A stretch of DNA of 64,000 nt from Eledone cirrhosa (GCA_964016885.1 OZ024740.1:334056001-334120000); one strand, 5' to 3'; shown: positions 1 through 15,318, numbered from the stretch's first letter. The notes: generated by a model not told the origin, from the letters alone. Numbers and translations are program-made.

Positions 1-465
1 TTATTATATTTCTATTTACGATTAGGTTCAATAGTTTTCTTAATTCTGGAGATGACGTGTGTTATTAAGTACAGATTTTTGTCATGTCGGATTTTATTTG
101 ATTCTGATTTACTAGATTATTCATTCACAATTGACTCATTAGTTTTATAGTCGTATTTGGGTGGACATATGGCTTGACTTATTTCCTTCTCGTACTTATT
201 TGTTACTTGAGTGGTCAAAGCTTTTGAATTAATTGGCGGGTACTGTAGAGACTCAGCTGAGCTGGTTCAGTCCTGCGCCAGTTAATTGAGCGTAGGATTA
301 AAGTCGGTGAACGTATGTTTACCAGAATCTCTGGTCGCTACTTTTGGCTACTAGATTTAGTGGTTGTGTGTGTGTTCAATGAGAACGCTGTAGCCTAAGA
401 TCATTATTATATACAAACTTTGAAATACGAAGCCTACATAAGTGTAACATTCGACATTCACTTAC

Positions 466-627
466 CATTATTTGGTGTGGATGAGTAACTTGTGTACCGA
501 CAGGCGAGAACATATTTACATATAACCCAGTTATATCTAAATGTAAGTGAGAATCGAATTTTGGGTTGAGATTGGTCAATTTGTTTGTAGCAAAGGAAAC
601 TATCGTATGTAGTACTTCAGGTGACCG
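466..627 (-). pseudogene. Candidate exon (54 codons, phase 0/0) of the channel-like gene, S1-S2 region
   Basis: Acceptor TGATATTGCAG| and donor |GTAAGT. The single open frame reads RSPEVLHTIVSF...FDSHLHLDITGLYVNMFSPVGTQVTHPHQIM; the other two frames stop early. Confidence 0.6.
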
Positions 628-1104
628 CTGCAATATCAAATATAGCGTTTAACGGAATTAGTATTTTTTGACATATAAAAAAAAATAAAAGCTTTTCGTA
701 CATCGTTGATTTATGGTAGCTTAATGGTATTATCTCATTACTCTTAAGACTTCACCCAATTTTCTTCACATATTTGTTAGAGTGATGGACTATGTTCAAA
801 ATTTCTCCTGTAGTATCAGCACAAATAAAGTAACAAAGATGTAAATTAGATATAAATAAACATATGTTTTAAAGTTAATTGAAAATAGTGTAAATGACGT
901 AACATTCCATACCATCGTAACTCCAAATCAGCTCTCATATATAAGGATTTCATTTTCCCTAGCTAAGGATGTTTTGTTATCAAATACAGGCTCACTAATC
1001 TTTGTAGAGACTCAGAAATAAATATATGGTGTATTAGAGTATCTATGCAGCAGTAGGGACCGCCAGAATCACAAACCCGAAGGTAAAAAGAATCAACAAA
1101 AAAA

Positions 1105-1425
<321 letters not shown>

Positions 1426-2090
1426 TTTTTTAAATAACAGATTAAATGTTAAGTAAAGAATCGCCGCTTTCACCCTTAACGGGATCTTCTGAAACTAAAA
1501 AAGTCAATCTGTGATGGCAGAAGTAAATACTTCAAAAAACGTTGCAACCGATGGAAGACAGGAAGACGATACTCTGGCAAAGAACGGAAAAAACGAAGAT
1601 AATACGTCATTATTTGGGGCGTTGAAAACAATTACACGCAAAGACAAAACCACGTTTATGGTATAAAGGAAGTCGTAGACTAATATTCTATTAGGTGGCT
1701 CATAGAGACGTTCTCTGGCAATGAAGGAAAAAACGAAGATGAACGTCATTATGTGGAACGATGAGGACAATTGCACGCAAAGACAAAACCACGTAAATAG
1801 TATAACTGAAATCGTAGACTAAAATTCTATTTAGGAAACCGAATGATTCTCGGCTTCAGTGTTAAGAATAAAGTAAATAAAATACAGAGGTAATTGAAAT
1901 TAAATATATACATACACGCATCCATATACGTACATACACAAGCATACGCGAAAACACTCGCCATGGGTATGTAAATACAAGCACGTACACAAAAAAACCA
2001 CGCACGCACATACATAACCCACGCAACGCCTGTACCCGCACACATACGAATGTATACACCAAATACACATAAAAATAATATATATAAATA
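1426..2090. repeat. Unclassified interspersed repeat with an internal ~140 bp tandem duplication (1566-1695 / 1707-1836)
   Basis: 1433-1486 is a near reverse complement of 23748-23800. The two internal units share CTCTGGCAA, GGAAAAAACGAAGAT and CGCAAAGACAAAACCACGT. Confidence 0.6.
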
Positions 2091-2121
<31 letters not shown>

Positions 2122-2325
2122 CGTGTATACATAATTAAATAAACGTATATAAACAAACACACATAAATACGTATATAACGCGCGCACACACATACCTACA
2201 TGTAAATACACATATGTTCGCAGACGTACGTCAGCCAAAACACACATAGTTTAAATACGAATAATAGTAGAACATCTAGAAATAATAACAATGATAATAC
2301 GAATAGTTTAGGTTATCTAAATAAC

Positions 2326-2742
2326 ATGGAATTGAACTGTAACTGTAGAAGGAAATCTGAATGCCCTTTACAAAATAATTTCCTTGATAAGAATTTAGTA
2401 TATAAATATACCATTAAGACAAATAATAATAATACTTATAACTACATAAGTGCCACTTCATAGAACTTTAAGTTTCGCTTCTCCAATCATAAACATTCTT
2501 TCTCAAATTCAGATAAAAAATGTTCTACTTCATTATCACAATTAATATGGTCTTTAAAAGAGAAAAATCTTAAATACTCAATTTCTTTGAAAAAAATTAA
2601 GCTATCCGATTCCTATCGGAACGCTTCCATCTAGCCAAACTGCAATCTTTGCAATTTAGAAACTATATTAATAATTACCAATTATGGTAATTTAATTAAT
2701 AAAAAGAACGAATTGTTTGGAACTTGTCTGCATAAATTTTGA
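2326..2742 (+). mobile_element. Degenerate PLE GIY-YIG endonuclease (CNCR..CPL type, possibly Hydra clade)
   Basis: One frame with two TAG stops: LNCNCRRKSECPL..LVYK...YIS.T..FKFRFSNHKHSF...TSLSQLIWSLK...CNLCNLE...LINKKNELFGTCLH. Confidence 0.8.
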
Positions 2743-4017
2743 AAAACATATCAAGCATTATACAAATTTAGAAAAAATAGTAACTTAGAAGGAAAGAAAT
2801 ATTGACTATTATTAATAATTCTTGAAATATTTTTATTATTACTATATATATAATGTTTTGCCATACCTTAAAAATTGTATATCGTTTTTATATAGTAAAT
2901 TAATCTCATGATGCGAATCAGCATCCTAAGTTCGGATTGAGAATGTTCATCGTATAACTAGAAATTTCTGAATTTGCGGTTTGAAATATCTTTTGTCTTT
3001 CAAATCACTTAGATATTATAAATGATCACATATGTTTGTACGGATTATCCTCCGTTGTTTACATTACTCATAATTAATTTTTGTTCTATCCAAATGGATT
3101 AATAATGTATATTTAACATGATTTATACAGATTTATAATATACGAAAAATCCTTTAAGGGAAACTACATATATTAAGATGTAGTTACAGAACTAAAATCA
3201 AAATAATAATACTTTTAAGAGTAAATATAACTACTTATTAATCCTATAAGTAAATGACAACTAATGAATTGAACTGTTTTTATAATGAGAAAAGAATAAT
3301 TCAGATAATAATTCTAAACATTATATAAAATACATATACCGATGGTATATGCGCATAGATTGTGGTAAATATCCTTATACATATTTAATAGGTATTTAAA
3401 CTTGCTTTATAGATAAACAAGTTTTTGAATTTTGTAACAAAATATTTAATATATATGTTAATTAAACTATGCTTCGGATTATTATTATAGAAAATATGTT
3501 ATATTGTTTAATTTTGATATAATATATTTGTATAATTAGCTTAAACATAACCAAACACAAACGATATTAAAAATGTCATGGTATTTAATTGGTAGTTTCT
3601 ATTTCACTTAATATTTGAAAACAACCGTCACGCATCAGGTCTATGTCTTCCTTCTTTCTTTCTTTCCTTTTTGCAGTTACGTATTTCCTCTTCTCTCATC
3701 TCTCTCTCTCTCTCCTTCTCATCTCTTCTCTTCTTTCTTCGCTTCTATCTATGTCTCTTTCTTTTTCTTCACTAACACAGATATTTACACATTTAAATAT
3801 TTATGTATGTATGTGTTTATTTATTTCTTCTTGCATTTTCTTATACTCACCCCCTCCTTGTACTTATATCTCGCTCCACATCCTCTCATTCATCATATTT
3901 AAGTTTATCATGTCATTATGTGTGGTATATAAATATTGAGATTTGTTGTAATTAATCACTACCAATAATGGAATTGAACCATCAAGACAGTTGAGGTATG
4001 TTATACATCAATTCATG

Positions 4018-4083
4018 TATTTTATCTGACGAGGACGTACTGAAAAAATAGCACAGTATCTCCGAAATATATATAATAAAATA
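4018..4083 (+). ncRNA. Minimal type I hammerhead ribozyme motif
   Basis: TATTTTAT-CTGACGA-GGA(C)GTACTG...CAGTAT(C)TCC-GAAA-TATATA-TA-ATAAAATA. It has an 8 bp stem I, a canonical core and a palindromic stem III/loop, and lies about 45 bp before a (TA)n tract. Confidence 0.85.
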
Positions 4084-4129
4084 TATATTTTGATTATGTT
4101 AACGTCTTCATTTATTAATATTTTGCATA

Positions 4130-4666
<537 letters not shown>

Positions 4667-5904
4667 ATAGAGGTGTAACACACGAGTTATGATATATTGG
4701 TAAACGGAAAAGAAAATACTGACAAATTGTTCACAGTGAAAAATAGTTTAATTAGGAATAAGTGAAAATTAGTAATAGTATTGGTTAGTATTCAGTTTTG
4801 GTTTTAAGTTTTACCGGTTGCACATTTCTAATGCTTTTCAAAAATAATTTTGAGATAGAGCGCCCGTGATGTTTGCTCTAATCTGATTAGTTTTGGAAAT
4901 TCTACCTGTTTTATGTGAAAAAAGTGGCTCCAGATGTATTAAAATAAGTTTCGCGCCAATTCGTGTTGCAAAAATTCTTGTGGTCAAAACAATTTTGATT
5001 GGTCGGTAGAGGTCATGTGAATGTTAAAAAATGATTTTGCGCCAAATGTAGGTTTGTGTCGGCTGATTGAGTAGTAACTGAAAAATAAGTCTTTCAAAAC
5101 AAATATATGTGTGTGTGTAGTAGTAGTAAAGAGGTTCGTTGTTGTGATAATGGTCAGCAGGGATGTGTGTGCGAAACGCAGCCTGTTGACAGTTCAAATG
5201 CCTATTAAGATAAGTGTGTGTGTGTAGCAGAGTAATTCGTGGTATAGGGATGGTCAGTAGGAATGTCTGTAAGTGTGTGGGGGATATTTTAACATGTTAA
5301 AAGATATTTTTCAGCTCTTGTCTTATACGGAGAAGTGTGTGTGTGTGTGTGTGTGTATATGTCTGTTTGTATGTTAATGTACGCGTGTGTATGTGTGTGT
5401 GTATATATGTGTGTGTATATATGTGTGTGTGTGTGTGTGTGTGTGAGAATGTGTGTGTGGGGAGGGACCAGTATTTTTGTGATACTGGTAAAATGGTGTA
5501 CATTATTCGATATTTTCCGTAAAAACGATTCTCTCAATATAACATCAAAAACCTTAATAATAAAAGGTGTGAAATGATATATAGTATTGGCATAATACCA
5601 AGGTGTGTGTGAGTGTCCAGATTGTACGTACTGCAAGGGGAATCCATTAGGCCTTGCCGTATTGGAATACTTGTGTACAAATAAATATGTATGTGTCCAT
5701 CAGTGTGCAATGTATGTGTGCGTTTATGTATGTGTGTGTGCCGGCACGTTAATATCTATAGACATCAAAAGGTATGCAATTTTGTGTATATTTGTGTTGC
5801 ACCATAGAACATGTGTGTTTACGTATGTCATTGTGTTTATATGTGGATAGAGATGTATGCTGATGTAGGTATGTATGTTGACGTGTGTATGTTGTGGGTT
5901 CGTC

Positions 5905-6499
5905 TTAGGCAGAAGTGTTTAGACGGGGTCCGTATTTGTTAATAAAGTGAGATTCCCTGCTGATGCGCTGGGTGTAGGTGGCATTATCTTTAAATTTGTA
6001 GAAGGGAAAGGTTCTGAAGTTGGGATGATTTTGGGCGGCACAGGTATCAATGTGTTCACTCAGTGGTATTTTCCTGTAGTCCCGTATTTTAATTTGGGAT
6101 ATGTGGACAGTCATGCGTTGGCGGAGGCTGTTTTTGGTCCGGCCTATGTATTGTTCTCGACAACCTGAGCAAGTTAATACATATATTAGATTTTCTGATG
6201 CGCATGTGAAATTGTATTTTACTATAAAACTTTTTCCTTGTTTGAAATAGAACTCCGAACCCTCTATTAGGTTGATGCATATGCCACAGTTGGGTCTATC
6301 GCATTTTTTTAGTGTGGGTTTCGTTGTCGTGGTGGAGAGTACTTTGGCATGTGTTAGGATGTTTTTCATTGACTTAGATTGTCTTTTGCTCTTTATGATA
6401 TCGTGTATTCGTAGGATTTGGTTCATTCTATGGTCCTTTTTCAACACAGGGATGTTCTGGATGATGGTGTCAAAGGCCTCATTGTTGAGGCGGTTGTGT
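5905..6499 (-). CDS. PLE C-terminal linker plus GIY-YIG endonuclease (5'-truncated ORF)
   Basis: CDRPNCGIC linker, FTCASENLIYVLTCSGCREQYIGRT..LRQRMTVH, SEH, RESHFINKY.P.LN. Confidence 0.9.
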
Positions 6500-6509
6500 A
6501 ACGTGCCCT

Positions 6510-7015
6510 AAAACTCAGTACCCAGGACCTTAAAAACCCTAAAGTAAATCAACCGAAACTAAAAGCTCTTCCATACATCACACACAACTCCCTCAACAAT
6601 GAGGCCTTTGACACCATCCTCCAGAACATCCCTGTGTTGAAAAAGGACTATAGAATGAACCAAATCCTACGAACACACGATATCATAAAGAGCAAAAGAC
6701 AATCTAAGTCAATGAAAAACATCCTAACACATGCCAAAGTGCTGCCAACCACAACAACGAAACCCACAGTAAAAAACATGCGATAGACCCAACTGTGGCA
6801 TATGCATCAACCTAATAGAGGGTTCGGAATTCTATTTCAAAGAAGGAAAACGTTTTATAGTAAAACACAATTTCACATGCGCATCAGAAAATCTAATATA
6901 TGTATTAACTTGCTCAGGTTGTCGAGAACAATACATAGGCCAGACCAAAATCAGCCTCCGCCAACGCATGACTGTCCATATATCCCAAATTAAAATACGG
7001 GAATACAGGAAACTA
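6510..7015 (+). pseudogene. Frameshifted, deleted mirror copy of the same PLE endonuclease
   Basis: LPYIT..NNEAFDTILQNIPVLKKDYRMNQ..., frameshift near 6778, then ...QYIGQTKISLRQRMTVH; broken by a deletion near 7015. Confidence 0.85.
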
Positions 7016-7389
7016 CATAAACGCACACATGCATTCCACACTGATGGGCACATACATGTTTATTGGTACACAAGTATTCCAATACGGCAAGTCCTAATGG
7101 ATTCCCCTTGCAGTACGTACAATCTGGACACTCACACACACCTTGGTTTTATGCCAATACTATATATCATTTCACACCTTTTATTATTAAGGTTTTGGAT
7201 GTTCTATTAAGAGAATTGTTTTTACTGAAAATATCGAATAATGTACACCATTTTACCAGTATCACAAAAATACTGGTCCACCCCCACCCCCCACACACAC
7301 ATTCTCACACACACACACACACATATATACACACACACACACATATATATACACACACACATACACACGCGTACATTAACATAAAAGAG

Positions 7390-7429
<40 letters not shown>

Positions 7430-7932
7430 ACTTCTCCGTATAAGACAAGAGCTGAAAAATATATTTTAACATGTTAAAATATCCCCCACACAGTTACAGA
7501 CACATTCCTACTGACCATCCCTCTACCACGAATTGCTCTGCTACACACACACACACACACACTTGTCTTAATAGGCATTTGAACTGTCAACAGGCTGCGT
7601 TTCGCACACACATCCCTGCTGACCATTATCACAACAACGAACCTCTTTACTACTACTACTACACACACACATATTTGTTTTGAAAGACTTATTTTTCAGT
7701 GACTTCTCAATCAGCGGGCACAAACCTACATTTGGCGCAAAATGAATTTTTAACATTCACATGACCTCTACCGACCAATCAAAATTTTTTGAACACAAGA
7801 ATTTTTGCAACACGAATTGGCGCGAAACTTATTTTAATATATCTGGAGCCACTTTTTTTCACATAAAACAGGTAGAATTTCCAAAACTAATCAGATTAGA
7901 GCAAACATCACGGGCGCTCTATCTCAAAATTA

Positions 7933-7968
7933 TTTTTGAAAAGCATTAGAAATGCGCAACCGGTAAAA
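7933..7968 (+). ncRNA. Variant hammerhead-like motif (U3/A8, C13); other copies at 4809-4844 (-) and 62312-62347 (+)
   Basis: TTT-TTGAAAA-GCATT-AGA-AATGC-GCAA-CCGG-TA-AAA. It has hammerhead spacing and a palindromic ACCGGT stem III, about 115 nt from the element 3' end. Confidence 0.5.
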
Positions 7969-8076
7969 CTTAAAACCAAAACTGAATACTAACCAATACT
8001 ATTACTAATTTTCACTTATTCCTAATTAAACTATTTTTCACTGTGAACAATTTGTCAGCATTTTCTTTTCCGTTTA

Positions 8077-8290
<214 letters not shown>

Positions 8291-8549
8291 ATGTATGACA
8301 GTATATAAAAAAATATTCACACATTATCAAACACTCACAGACAGTCCCACACATGCACTGGCATATATATTTATATATAGCAATATGCTGTGTTGTAGTA
8401 ATATTTATTTAAGTATTATAGCCAAAAGTAATAGAAGACGGGTAAAGTATGAAAGAAAAATACGTTTTCAATCGCCCTATTCAATACTTCTGAACAAACC
8501 AACGAACTGAATCTGCCACCATTATAGTAGAGTTTAATTTTAACACATA

Positions 8550-8680
8550 TAAATGTACAGGCAGGGAAGGCTTCAAAAAATCATATTTCACTACCACCGT
8601 AGCACCCATTAATAATTGAACAATGATGAAGGATTCGTATTCTCGGAATCTAGAGGGCCATAGAACTACGCAATTCATTT
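8550..8680 (-). pseudogene. Possible S1-like exon remnant of the channel-like gene
   Basis: VVLWPSRFREYESFIIVQLLMGATVVVKYDF resembles the P.S....W/E S1 entry of CNBD channels; splice sites are unclear. Confidence 0.25.
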
Positions 8681-10084
8681 AGCATTTTCAAACCCTAAAC
8701 TTAATTAACGATAATCTCTTCAAAAATCAAGTATATATTTACCGAGTGATGAATTTGAAATCACTAGATGACATCGAATATCTGGAAATTGTTCCAGATC
8801 AATAGAATAACTGTTCTATAATCTATAATTCTATAATCTTGGCATTGTAAAGATGAGCAGGCACTACATCAGCAAAATATCAATTTTTTAAAAAAATATT
8901 TCGAACATTATTATATTTTACATAATATTAAATAGTGGATCTTAAAAAAAAACAACTCGCTCATACAGATATAAAACACCGTTTGCAGAAACATGAAGTA
9001 CTTATACATCAAGTTATTTTTCCATTTTCAAATAACACTCCATGCTTCAATTACCAATCCAAACAGAATCTATCCACTTACAATGTAGTCTTCCGTATGT
9101 GTTTTTTAATATATTGCATATAAAGTAATTTAGAAAACTGGATATGATTTCTGTTTCGCAAAATACATCTTATGAAAAGAAAAACAATAACAAACCATTT
9201 CATTTCTTTGAAATATAATCGCATATTAAACGATATCTGTATATTTCAGACATACACACTCACAAACACATAAACATACACACACACATATATACATCAA
9301 ACTCATTAAACAAATACACAAATATACTGGGAAATACACACACAAAACAAAAAATAACAACAAAGATTAGACAACGACTTACAAAATATTATACATTTCT
9401 TTTTCATATAAATTTTTTGGTAAGTGCGTGCACACGCCTATGTGTATGTATGTATGTGTATTTGTGTGTATATGGGGGAGAACGAGAGATTGTGTGCGTT
9501 GGTTTGCCTGCTTGTATGGATATATGTGATTCTGTCGGTTGCTGTGTGAGATTTACTTGAGGTTCGTGTGAGTAAAATGCAAGTAAGAAAGAGGTGACTA
9601 GCAGTCATAATCTAAGACACCTATACAATATATAGTCATTTTCTATAAGGCTATATTACAATTCTATTGTTATATGAAAGAAAGAAAATGTTCCATGTAT
9701 TGTATAATATCGTGTGGAGTGGTTCTTAATCTAATAAATCAATTTCTAATCAAAAAGCGATAAAATGTATAAGTCTCTCAGTTGCGTTTCTAGTATTATA
9801 TTTCGTAACGTTGTTGGACCAGTAAATAAATGAAGGATATTAATAATTCATTGCACATATAATTTATAAATATTCTTGTGTTTTATTATAAGATTTTTAG
9901 TGGGTAGAAAATGTATATATGTAATATTTTCTACACATATATGCACACACACACACACGTTCACACACACGCACATACACATACACACACACACAGCCAC
10001 ACACACACAAACACATACACACACACAAGCACACAGAGACACATACAAAAACACACAAAACACGTACACGGACACAAACAGACA

Positions 10085-10126
<42 letters not shown>

Positions 10127-10129
<3 letters not shown>

Positions 10130-10579
10130 GATATTAACAAATGGAAACTATATTTATAAAAGCATATTTATTTTATTATACATATTTCAAGGACACCACG
10201 TTAAATTATGGTGTGCTTTCATCAGACAAAATACAATATAGATCAGTTTTATAAATAAATATTGACATACCCTTAAAAAATGCAACCATTACTGTTGGAA
10301 GCTCCCGGAGCTTCGGGAGATTCCAACAGTAATGGTTGCATTTTTTAGGGGTATGTCAATATTTATTTATAAAACTGATCTATATTGTATTTTGTCTGAT
10401 GAAAGCACACCATAATTTAACGTGGTGTCCTTGAAATATGTATAATAAAATAAATATGCTTTTATAAATATAGTTTCCATTTGTTAATATCGTATGTTTA
10501 CTCCAAATACTTGTTGAGTGCTTTATATCAGTTATAAAAATATTTGCTTGTTGTATCCCAACAATTTAAATAGAACTTT

Positions 10580-10583
<4 letters not shown>
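10127..10583. mobile_element. Near-perfect 368 bp palindrome (10127-10494) of a PLE pLTR-like 3' end; right arm extends to 10583; inside (TA)n
   Basis: The arms are reverse complements around CTCCCGGAGCTTCGGGAG (centre ~10310). The sequence is homologous to 24631-24977. Confidence 0.9.
10390..10450 (+). ncRNA. Minimal type I hammerhead ribozyme motif (mirror copy at 10171-10231, minus strand)
   Basis: TTTTGT-CTGATGA-AAG(C)ACACCA...TGGTGT(C)CTT-GAAA-TATGTA-TA-ATAAAA. Confidence 0.85.
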
Positions 10584-10616
<33 letters not shown>

Positions 10617-10619
<3 letters not shown>

Positions 10620-10736
10620 CGAGTAGGACCCCGGGGTCCTATTCGTTCCTATTACCCACTCTACTATCCTAAGTATTGATAACTTTGGAACTTTGGTGCG
10701 TTATGGTCCACCTGGTTCCTTACCACATTTCCTTCG

Positions 10737-10739
<3 letters not shown>
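10617..10739 (+). mobile_element. Short fold-back element in (TA)n, same family as 18050-18238 and 25812-25985
   Basis: Shared 3' tail TTCCTATTACCCACTCTACTA.CCTAAGTATTGA...CCACATTTCCTTCGTT. The 5' end is a hairpin centred on GACCCCGGGGTC. Confidence 0.8.
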
Positions 10740-10777
<38 letters not shown>

Positions 10778-11438
10778 TATATATAATTACTAGGAAGCTA
10801 CTATAATATACATTCCATTGCATTTATATATATTGTATTCGATTTGTTTAATATTAATGGAATGTTCGTGAACTAAAGGTTCTCATTCTCTATAATCAAC
10901 CAATAAAGTAATATATGCCAAATTTATCATATATTTATAAAGGACAGTATAATACTGCGATATGTTAAGAAAAACTAAAGAAAACATGCCCATGTGATCA
11001 TTCACATAAATCAACTCATTCAAATATACATGTACGCAACAAGCATAATTAACAATTCGACATTGTTATGTGTCTATCTGAGTTCGTATGTTTTTTCTTC
11101 TTATCATAATGGTGTTTGTTATCTTATTTTGAATATATTACAGTTAACTTCGCATTAACAAGCCTATAGTCAAACCTAACCTTATGCAGGCGACAATGGA
11201 AAGATGGATTAGTCGATCGACATAATCATTTACTTTGATTAAGCAATTGCCGCATGAAATTCACAGCAGAAAACAATGAACAGTGTAATATCATATGTGT
11301 CAAACGATGACCAATGAAAACGAAAAATTGGAAATGAAGGCAAGATGGCTGAAAGGCGTAGCATGATATATGTAAGCTAGTATTTGATTTACACGTTAGA
11401 ATCGTTCCATTGATTCGTCCTTATTGGATCGTTCCTCA

Positions 11439-11508
<70 letters not shown>

Positions 11509-11940
11509 GAGAGAGAGAGAGAGAGATACGAGTTACAAGTACGCATAGACACATCTCTCCATCTATCTTAACTTTTAAAAATCGAAATATCTTAAGATAT
11601 GATTTTGTAAATAAACCTTCCACAAGACTCGAAATTCATTTCACACCTCCTTATATATAGATATATATATATATATATAAATATATATATACACATATAT
11701 ACATAAATACTTACAAAACCTTGCATATAATAACTGCATACACACATGTATATATACAAAACGTATGCACTAGCACTCTTATAATTCAAAACATACAGAT
11801 CCACATACAATAACATCCATACCTGAACATGTAAACATATTTACCTAGTTGATATCGACTAAATTCCATTGAAAGAGTAGTGTGTCTATGTTAGAAACCC
11901 TGTCTCTCTCTCTCTAATGGTAAACATCTATAAAATAATA

Positions 11941-12143
11941 ACTGTTTCTACTTTAGGCACAAGGCCAGAAATTACCCAGTGCATTACTGGTACTTTATTT
12001 TATCGACCCCGTAAGGATGAAAGGCAAAGTCAACCTCGGCGGGATTTGAACTCAGATCGTAAAGGGACGTAACTATGCTGGAAAGCATGGTGTCTGTCCC
12101 TCATGGTGTCTGACCCTCTACCGACACTACCAATCCACCGCCC
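11941..12143 (-). mobile_element. tRNA-type SINE (octopus-like, Deu/Nin-like central domain)
   Basis: The reverse complement carries a B-box (GAGTTCAAATCC), then GCCGAGGTTGACTTTGCCTTTCATCCTTACGGGGTCGATAAAATAAAGTACCAGT. The family is multi-copy in the window. Confidence 0.85.
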
Positions 12144-12261
12144 TCATACATGTTCAGGTATGGATATTATTGTATGTGGATCTGTATGTTTTGAATTATA
12201 AAATAATAACACCAGAAGAACATATATGCATACGTACATACATATATACATAGATAATATA

Positions 12262-12310
<49 letters not shown>

Positions 12311-12333
12311 AAATTTATAAATATATATTAAAT

Positions 12334-12516
<183 letters not shown>

Positions 12517-13141
12517 CATTCATATTATGGCTTCCCCCTCGTTATCGAGTATAGCCATTGTATAATATACCATTATTAGTAGTTATTAATTAATTCCATC
12601 TTGCAATGCCTGTGCGCAAAGATGTTTTTAAAGTGAAGAAAGACTGTGCACCGAGCCAGCCAATCCCACTCGCTGAGCGACAGTAGCTATAACCCGAAAA
12701 GAAGAAATGATCAACATCATCGGCAACTACTAAGCCGCAGGTTTTAAGTCGGAGTTATCCCAGTTTCCTGAGTTGCCTTCTCCTAGAAGAATGCCCTGAA
12801 AAAATCTAGGGGCCATTCACTCCCAGTGGTTTAATCGTGCGATCGGGTTTCCAGTGCAACTATTTTTATCTCCCCTCGCATATACATACACATACATATG
12901 TACATGTGTATATACATATTTACACAACGTGTGTGTGTGGTTTGGGGTATGTTTCTTTGTGTGCGTGCGAATGTTCTATATATGCGTTTTGGGTGTTACG
13001 GTTTAGCTTTATGGTTGGCGATGGAAAATGCTATTGAGAAACTACAAATCTATTACTGAACTAATTAATATGGTTTTGTTCGACGACATCATCGAAGCCT
13101 AAATATTTCGGACACTTAATTAGGGAAAACGGATTAGAGAT

Positions 13142-13313
13142 AATTGTTTCTACGTTAGGCACAAGGCCAGCAATTACCCAGTGTATTACTGGTACTTTAT
13201 TTTATCGACCCCGTAAGGATGAAAGGCAAAGTTAACCTCGGCGGGATTTGAACTCAGAATGGCAAGGGCTGTAACTCTATGCGTCAAAGCATGGCATCCG
13301 ACCCTCTACCAAT
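13142..13313 (-). mobile_element. SINE copy
   Basis: Same B-box and core as 11941-12143. Confidence 0.85.
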
Positions 13314-15318
13314 ACTGAATGTAAATGAAATGCAAAACAAATGGAGGAAGAAAAATGGAAATGTTTGAAAGTATAATGTCAAGTATAGAGCAGACTTAAT
13401 CTGCAATGATAGTGTAATAATAGCAAAAGAATGACCGATATGGCGATCAATGCTGTTTAAACTGCTGAGAATAGAAAATATCTGATGTGATGATCGAAGT
13501 ATTAAAGTCCTAAATCTATACGACACGTATTTAATTGTGCATTTTACAATGTTAAACGTAAGATAAATATGTATGACACACTGGATAATTTGCACATTCT
13601 GATTCCCATAATTATATGAAGTACCTCAATTTAATTTGCTTTAGTAATAAATAACAAATATTCATAACATAAAAATCAGTTGTTGTGAAGTGTTTACCTT
13701 TACATTCTGTACAAGTTCCCTTCTAAAACTGGCATCTTATTGTGTTGCAAAGTTATAATTATTATTACGTGGATGAGTTGTATTGTGTATGGAATTATGT
13801 CTATCTCAACATTAAAAGCGATATAGATGGAGTAAACATCTATCAATGATGAACATAACATATGTTTGTGTTCTCGATTTGTCAGTTTATCTCCCGTTCT
13901 AAACACTTTCAACTAATGATATTTGCTGCTGGGAATTATTGTTAGTTTGGGAGGTTTGTCGGAACAATTTTCGTTATATTTTGCTTATGCAGTCATCAGT
14001 TAGCATACATTCCATGATGAATTGAAAAGAACTACTTTTTATGGCTAAAAGAAAATGTTTAACTTCAATGTATCGATTTTGACTAGAAAGGAAATAGCTC
14101 TGCAAACAGTTACTAAGCTAAATGTAGGCGAATCTTCTATTTACGTATAGCTCCAAGCAACACATTTCATATCAGTGATTCTCCAAAGTAAAATTATTTA
14201 TTTGATAAAAAGATTCACACATTTGGATTATGTTAGTAGATGCATAAGTTTAGTTTAGCAAACCGAAATATAAATATTGATTTCCCAACATAGACAGATA
14301 ACCTCAAATTTATGAAGTAGCGAAATGACATTGCACGACGAATATATCTTTCTCAAGAGCAATAGTTACATAAATGTTGAGAAGTGAAACATCACGAGAG
14401 ATGGTAGCTTTCATCAACTGAGTGTCCCTGATTAATTACGAATATGTGATGGCCATTAAGTTCTTATGAGTATAGTAAAATTACATCTATGTGCACACAC
14501 ACACACACAGACACACACACACACACACACACACATTTATATATATATCGTATGCATGGGTGAATGTATACATATCCATCCATCCATCATTCATACGTAT
14601 ATTTATGTGTTTATAGACACATACATATGCATATATATATAGAGATATTTATATACATATACATAGCTATATATGTGTGTGTGTGTATGTGTGTATATGT
14701 GTGTGCGTGCGTGCGTGCGTACGTGCGAGGTTTTGTACGCATGTTTGTGATCCTTTGCTTTGAAGGGAATTAGGAAATTCAAACACTTACAAATAGATAG
14801 ACGATAACATTTACTATTGATATTACATATATTCTCTACAGGACAATAAATCAGTGTAGCTATGACAATCTATACCGAACTTCGGAAAGAGTACAAAAGA
14901 TACGAGGTCTCGATTTGGACATCATGAAAATAATACACAGAAATACTTGACAGAAAAAAAGATGAAGGTTATATAAATAATCCCAGAGGGATTATTTATA
15001 TAACATAGATAATTTATATTTATATCCCAGATTCGAAATAAACACCTCGACATACAAATCAGTTAATGGGTTATATATATTCCTGTGCAAGTATTTGCAG
15101 ACATAACACTCCCTCTTTCTTTCTCTCTCTGTTTGTCAGTCACGAGATTTATATATATATATAAATGTGTATGTGTGTGTTCTGTAGGTTAGTATACAGT
15201 ATATCAGGATATTGCATTGAAGAAAATGTGCTTACTGAAAAATACTGCATCAGAATCCATTCACATACACACACACTCACACACACACCCACACACACAG
15301 ACACACCCACTCGCACAA

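Noticed and set aside
1045-1075. CDSGGP resembling the trypsin GDSGGP motif (minus strand)
   Set aside because: There is no splice acceptor and no other protease motif, and it abuts a microsatellite; probably chance.
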